A DNA stretch of 64,000 nucleotides from contig CM082597.2 in assembly GCA_040954595.2 (NCBI GenBank), forward strand, positions 4,221,244-4,285,243. The letters are read 5' to 3'. Origin of the DNA: Balanoglossus misakiensis (Eukaryota > Animalia > Hemichordata). Both the position numbers and the translations under genes were made by a program. The notes below the pieces were generated by a model. The model had not been told where the DNA came from. It saw nothing but the letters and a program-made list of their open reading frames with translations, and did no database searches. Position 1 is the first letter of the stretch. Every line of letters begins with the position of its first letter. Shown piece by piece: positions 59,601-64,000 of this stretch.

Positions 59601-62600
59601 ATCTTGATCTAATTTAATCTATGATAGATATGGGTAAATCTGAATACTAGGTGAGACCACCAAAACACCAGGGTGTAAGATCACTCAGGGGTCATGAAAG
59701 TGGCATATTTCACACTTAGCATTGTGCCCTCTAACAAACACAATTTTTAAAAGCCTGAGTCAATTTCAGAATTTTGAAAAAATTCTCTGAGTCAGCCCTC
59801 CACCATTGCGTGTAGTGTGGACAATTTTCTTTAGTCACCAGTGAGTTTGTTGAGTCAGTGGTGCGTCATATGGGCTTAGAGGGCATACTGCTTAGCAAGT
59901 AAAGGTGAGTGGCCCCTTCTCTACAGGCCTGGCACTGCGACTCAATACGTACCTGAGTGAGTTCAGCCAGTGCCTGGTTGTCGCTGCCCCTGCCGTGCTG
60001 CGGCTGCTGGTGTTTGCCGCCCTGTCCGCCGCCGCCCTGTTGCTGTTTGTGGTGCAGTTCCTCCAGTTGGTGCTGCAGCTGCTGCTGTTGGATGAAGAGC
60101 CGGTGCAGCTGCTGTTGCTGCTTCTGTTGCTGCTGCTGTTCGTGCGAGGTGGTGGGGACCTGCGACATGCTCTGGGAGCGCTTCTTTCTGGCTGCGATCT
60201 TGGCCGGCTTCTGCGAGGAAAACAATTTTTGTTGAGGGTCAGTGGCAATGGGGAAGTAATTTTACTGGCTACTTGTAGCAAATCAGCATTAGACTTCAGA
60301 AATACCTGAGCAAGTGTATGTGAAAAAATGATTTGTAATTGAGTGTCAGCAACAGTTAGAAAGTAACCACATAATCTGACTGGCTGCTTGTAGCAAATCA
60401 GCATTTAACTACAGGCAAACCTGTGTAAGTGGCCACCTGTATATAGTGGCCACTTTGTTGCAGTCCCTGTGCTATTACCATGTGCATTAATTGACCTGTC
60501 TATAAAGGCCACCTGTCTATAAACTGGCCACTATAGACAGGCTTGACTGTATTAAGTTTTTATATAATACATTTTAGAACTGTGATAGTATACACAAACA
60601 AAATATTTTTAAAAATTTACAAAAGTTACAGATAGTAGAGCTTTAACCCTATTACCCCCATTTCTCTCTTTAGGGGTCCAAGTTCACCATAGAAAACAAT
60701 AGATTTGGACCAAACCATTGCGATGAAAGGGTATAAGAGAATGTAATTATTACCTCATCGGTAAATATGTACTGATCGTCTTTGGTGGTGATTGCTTTTG
60801 AAGATTCCGTTTTCTGCGAGTCCTCTGCGACGCCCATCAGAGCACCCAGCCCCGTGATGTCGTGCGTCGGGGCGGTGGTGCAGATGGGCGACACTAGAGG
60901 GCTCTCATCCATCGACTCTTTTCTGTCCAACTTCCTGCCGACTCCACTGCCCATGGTGGAGCTGGTGGATTTCTTGCGGTCTTTGTTGCACCATTTCCAG
61001 TCGGGGTGGGCCTTGAAGTGGGCTTCCTTCACCTAAAAGTAGTTGGACGACGACATAAGAATATAACACTACAGGAAAACCTGTGTTAGTGGCCACCCCT
61101 ATATACTGGCCACTTTGTTACAGTCCCTGTGCAATTTACATGTACCTGTCTATACAGGCCAGTTTAGAAAGTCCCTTGACTGGCCAATATAGACAAGTTT
61201 GACTGTAGTTTAATAATATATGATAAACAACATTATTCACGTCCAGTCACAGTAGGGGGCTTCCTTCATCAAGAAGTGGGGGGGGGGGGAGACAACATGA
61301 GAAATCAACACTAACACAAACCCAAATTATTCACTGCCTTTCACATAATCCACAATGACTTAGAGTATCTTCATGTTTGGGTACTGCCAATCTGTCTTAC
61401 TGTACAGAAAAATAAAATTCCCAAACAAAAACAAATAATCCCACATCTGACAAATCCCGGGGGTGCCTCACCTGGAAGGCCAGATCATGGTATTTCTGCT
61501 TCTCCTTGGGTCCCAGTGCATACCACCACTCGCCCAGGATCTTGCTGACGGTTCTGTTGTCTTGGTTGGGGTGTCGCTGATGCACAAGCGCTCGGTGTCG
61601 TTTGCTGAATATCATGAAAGCGTTCATCGGACGACGGATGTGATCCTTGTCCTTTATCTGAGGAGAATAATCAAATTCAAATGAAATGTTCTCTTTTTTA
61701 AAACTGTGTATGTATGTATGTATGTATGTATGTATGTATGATTGTATGTATGTATGATTGTATGTAAGTTTGTATGTATGTATGTATGTATGTATGTATG
61801 TATGTACGTACGTACGTACGTACGTATGTATGTATGTATGTATGTATGTACGTACGTACGTACGTACGTACGTATGTATGTATGTACGTATGTATGTATG
61901 TATGTATGTATGTATGTATGTATGTATGTATGTATGTAGCAGGTGCGAGTTCTAGGGCAGTCACCCCCTGGATATCTATCCACCTGAAACGCCCCTCCCC
62001 CTTCCACACTTTAATCCCAGTCCTGACTTATACCAGGTTCACACACGGTAAAATTTGAGACACTTTGGTTCAGACCCATCAATTTTCCAATGGTCTGGGC
62101 TGACCCATGTGTAGGTAAAAGAGGGGTGGAAGGATGGTTTGCAATACCCCTAAGAAGATGTGTTCATTCAACGGAGTGTTTGGGAAACCCTTCCAATCAA
62201 ATAAAACCCAAACAAAACAAAACAAAACAAAACCCAAACAAAACAAACCCTTACCTTTCGTGGACTTTTTGGTTCCTTATCACTGTCTTTTGGCAGAGCA
62301 CTGAGAGATTGTGAGCGTCGCTTGCCACTGGACGGGCTGACAGGGACCATCAAATTACCAGTGAACCTGTGAAATAATGGTACGACCTTTGGTAAGTACA
62401 GGCCTGCCCTTTCAAATAAAATGCCAAGCGCGCACACCTAGGGCACTCAATCCATACACATACAATACACTGTTTGTCCCAGAGGAATGCAATTGCATAT
62501 TGAGTAGCAGACATACTCAAGAAAGTTAAAACTGTTGTAGTACAGTACTGTTATTTAACTAGATACATTGAGCCTAATTATAATTTTGTAACAAATGCAA

Positions 62601-64000
62601 AATCACTGGACATATTTGGATCTCTATTCACATACAAATATCATGCATGCATAATTAATCAGGCACACATGTCGTCTCAATTTCTGTTTTTTTTTCCACC
62701 TTCCTTTTCATGGGACACAGACTGTATAGTGTATGACCAATGGTTATTTTGCATAAACAACGTAACACAGACATCACAATGGTTGAATGCAACCCACATA
62801 AAAATTTGATCAGTTGTGAATTATTAATCTCTGGGTTCACACTGCCCTGTCTGACACATTTCCTGCCTTCGCACAATACATGGTCTGATCCGTTTGCCTA
62901 CAGGATACTCAAGAAAAGATTGCTTTCCGAGACGACTTCAAGAACCCTCTTGCTTTACTCAAGCACGTATCATTAGTGGATATCAATGTTATGTCATTTC
63001 ACTGTCCACCTATGTAAATTAAACTGTTACCATGGAAACTGTTACCATGGAAAATTGAAATATAGCCAATCAGAGATTGGCTCTACAGAGTATTGCCAAA
63101 CTTGTACGTACGTGTCCTTGTCAAGGTCAATGTCACTTTCACTTGCTCTGTAGTGTCGGTCCATCATGGCGGGAGGCTGGGTTGCCATGGCAGCCTGGAT
63201 ACCAGTAACCGACTCATCTGTGTTGGAAGATAAACGTTTGTGGTTTTGATAAGTTTATTCGCAAGCCAGGTCAAAATATGTGCAGTGTACGCAGACCATA
63301 AACATTAAGCAGCAATTTAAACTATGAATGGCTAATGGGAGTGATTGGTCCATCATGAATAATTTTCTCATAAATTAACATGTAAATTATAGTCGTCTCG
63401 CCCCGCCCATCATACCCACCTTGATTTTGATTCTGATTGGCCAGAGCTTGCTGATTGACAGGTGGCTGCTGCACTGTAAATGGTAAATGATTGGCCGGTG
63501 GCTGACCAGGTGTCAGTATGGGCACCAGACTGTGCCATGGAAACACTGCCAACGCGTTTGCTGTTGTCTGGTTCCACACTGCAAAAATTCAAAGTGAAGT
63601 GTGTTATGATTCATGCGCATTGATAATTCTGATCACCGACAACCAGTGTTTCATTCAGGATGTCATCAAGAGGGGGGATATGTCCCCCTTTGACAGAATA
63701 TTTGGGGGGATTCCACTCTGGCAAGGGGGGCTGTATTATCTCCAACATGTGAATGACAACATTCATGTTCCTGCCACTCATAGCCTTTCACCCCCATTTC
63801 GCAAAATATAGATCCAACTACACCACTGAAAGCAACGGGCTGAACCATAGCATTTGGCAAATAGGGTATGATTGACTTTTTTTACCTGACCCTGGTTTGC
63901 CATTTTCTTGTTTCTGTCCCGCACCGTCTGTTTTGCCAGTGTTGATCACAGGTAACAGGGCTGATGGCGTTGGATGATTTTGTGTCGACTGCTGATTCTG
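50689..64000 (-). CDS. CIC: Protein capicua homolog (HMG-box transcriptional repressor), 5'-partial, at least 17 exons in window
   Basis: [10 protein letters not shown] (ATXN1-binding motif, ~63520-63550); [12 protein letters not shown] (14-3-3 site, ~62290-62325); HMG box [57 protein letters not shown]|[22 protein letters not shown] (~61657-61471 and 61032-60754); [16 protein letters not shown]; [12 protein letters not shown]; [17 protein letters not shown]; C1 domain [55 protein letters not shown]. Stop at 50689-50691. Confidence 0.98.
51060..51144. mobile_element. MITE family B copy
   Basis: ccctttcaccccc...gtgaaaggg|ttaa, 85 bp; left TTAA lost. Confidence 0.8.
51571..51803. repeat. 41-42-bp minisatellite (~6 units) filling a CIC intron
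   Basis: Unit aaaaccatgtgacaccatttagccaatcaggtgcagttatc; catgtga at 51573, 51614, 51655, 51697, 51738 and 51780. Confidence 0.95.
52073..52227. mobile_element. 155-bp MITE with TTAA TSD and AGG...CCT termini (Kolobok-like by end structure)
   Basis: ttaa|aggtatacagtcacct...aggttactatatacct|ttaa; partial second copy at 33505. Superfamily assignment is inference. Confidence 0.7.
52576..52654. repeat. 16-bp tandem repeat (5 units) in CIC intron
   Basis: ctcattaatattcaca / ctcattgatattcata / ttcattaatattcata / ctcattgatattcata / ctcatgaatattcat. Confidence 0.9.
53263..53597. repeat. Interspersed repeat family C, copy 2 (CIC intron)
   Basis: Colinear with 47215-47545, same orientation. Confidence 0.85.
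55175..55340. mobile_element. MITE family A copy 2 (right end degenerate)
   Basis: agtcaaacctgtgttagtgaccacctctatatagtggccact...catgtacattaattcacctgtctataaa...tgactggccacta. Confidence 0.75.
56505..56612. repeat. (CAGA)n(CATA)n microsatellite
   Basis: Direct reading. Confidence 0.95.
58932..59165. repeat. ~40-bp degenerate minisatellite spanning a CIC exon/intron junction
   Basis: Unit gatttaaaggtacacactttctgatgacatcatc, ~6 copies; the last copy contains the real donor (cacacttac|cgatgacatcatc). Confidence 0.85.
59379..59463. mobile_element. MITE family B copy
   Basis: ttaa|cccgcacacccc...ggtgaaaggg|ttaa, 85 bp. Confidence 0.85.
60412..60549. mobile_element. MITE family A copy 3
   Basis: ta|caggcaaacctgt...acaggcttgactg|ta (TA TSD on both sides). 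Confidence 0.85.
60647..60731. mobile_element. MITE family B copy
   Basis: ttaa|ccctattaccccc...tgaaaggg, 85 bp. Confidence 0.8.
61072..61205. mobile_element. MITE family A copy 4
   Basis: ta|caggaaaacctgt...acaagtttgactg|ta. Confidence 0.85.
61706..61937. repeat. Compound (TATG)n/(TACG)n microsatellite in the intron upstream of the CIC HMG exon
   Basis: Direct reading. Confidence 0.97.

Noticed and set aside
61654-62058. YIHT/MYVC-repeat ORFs (also 36356-36559, 56438-56674) and poly-M/H ORFs at 42535-43038
   Set aside because: Translations of (TATG)n and (ATG)n microsatellites.

Overview
Eukaryotic (animal) genomic DNA, probably an invertebrate deuterostome; this is inferred from protein similarity, short AT-rich introns and (TACA)n microsatellites. 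The first ~31.3 kb is one head-to-tail array of an 88-bp satellite (~350 copies). It is nearly invariant up to ~10.5 kb and then carries shared variants that form multi-monomer higher-order duplications. At its right edge it decays through a few diverged monomers into a 168-bp palindromic MITE-like element, whose 79-bp arm aligns almost without gaps to the satellite monomer. A gene-dense region follows immediately: FASTKD1-like (minus, with a GC-AG intron), RSPH1 (minus), TMEM145 (plus, head-to-head with RSPH1 across a ~1 kb interval with RFX-type motifs) and capicua/CIC (minus, 5' end outside the window). Introns hold several families of tiny MITEs, minisatellites and microsatellites. The most notable observation is an apparent record of a satellite arising from one arm of a dispersed palindromic element. 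All coordinates and alignments were read by eye; no searches were run.
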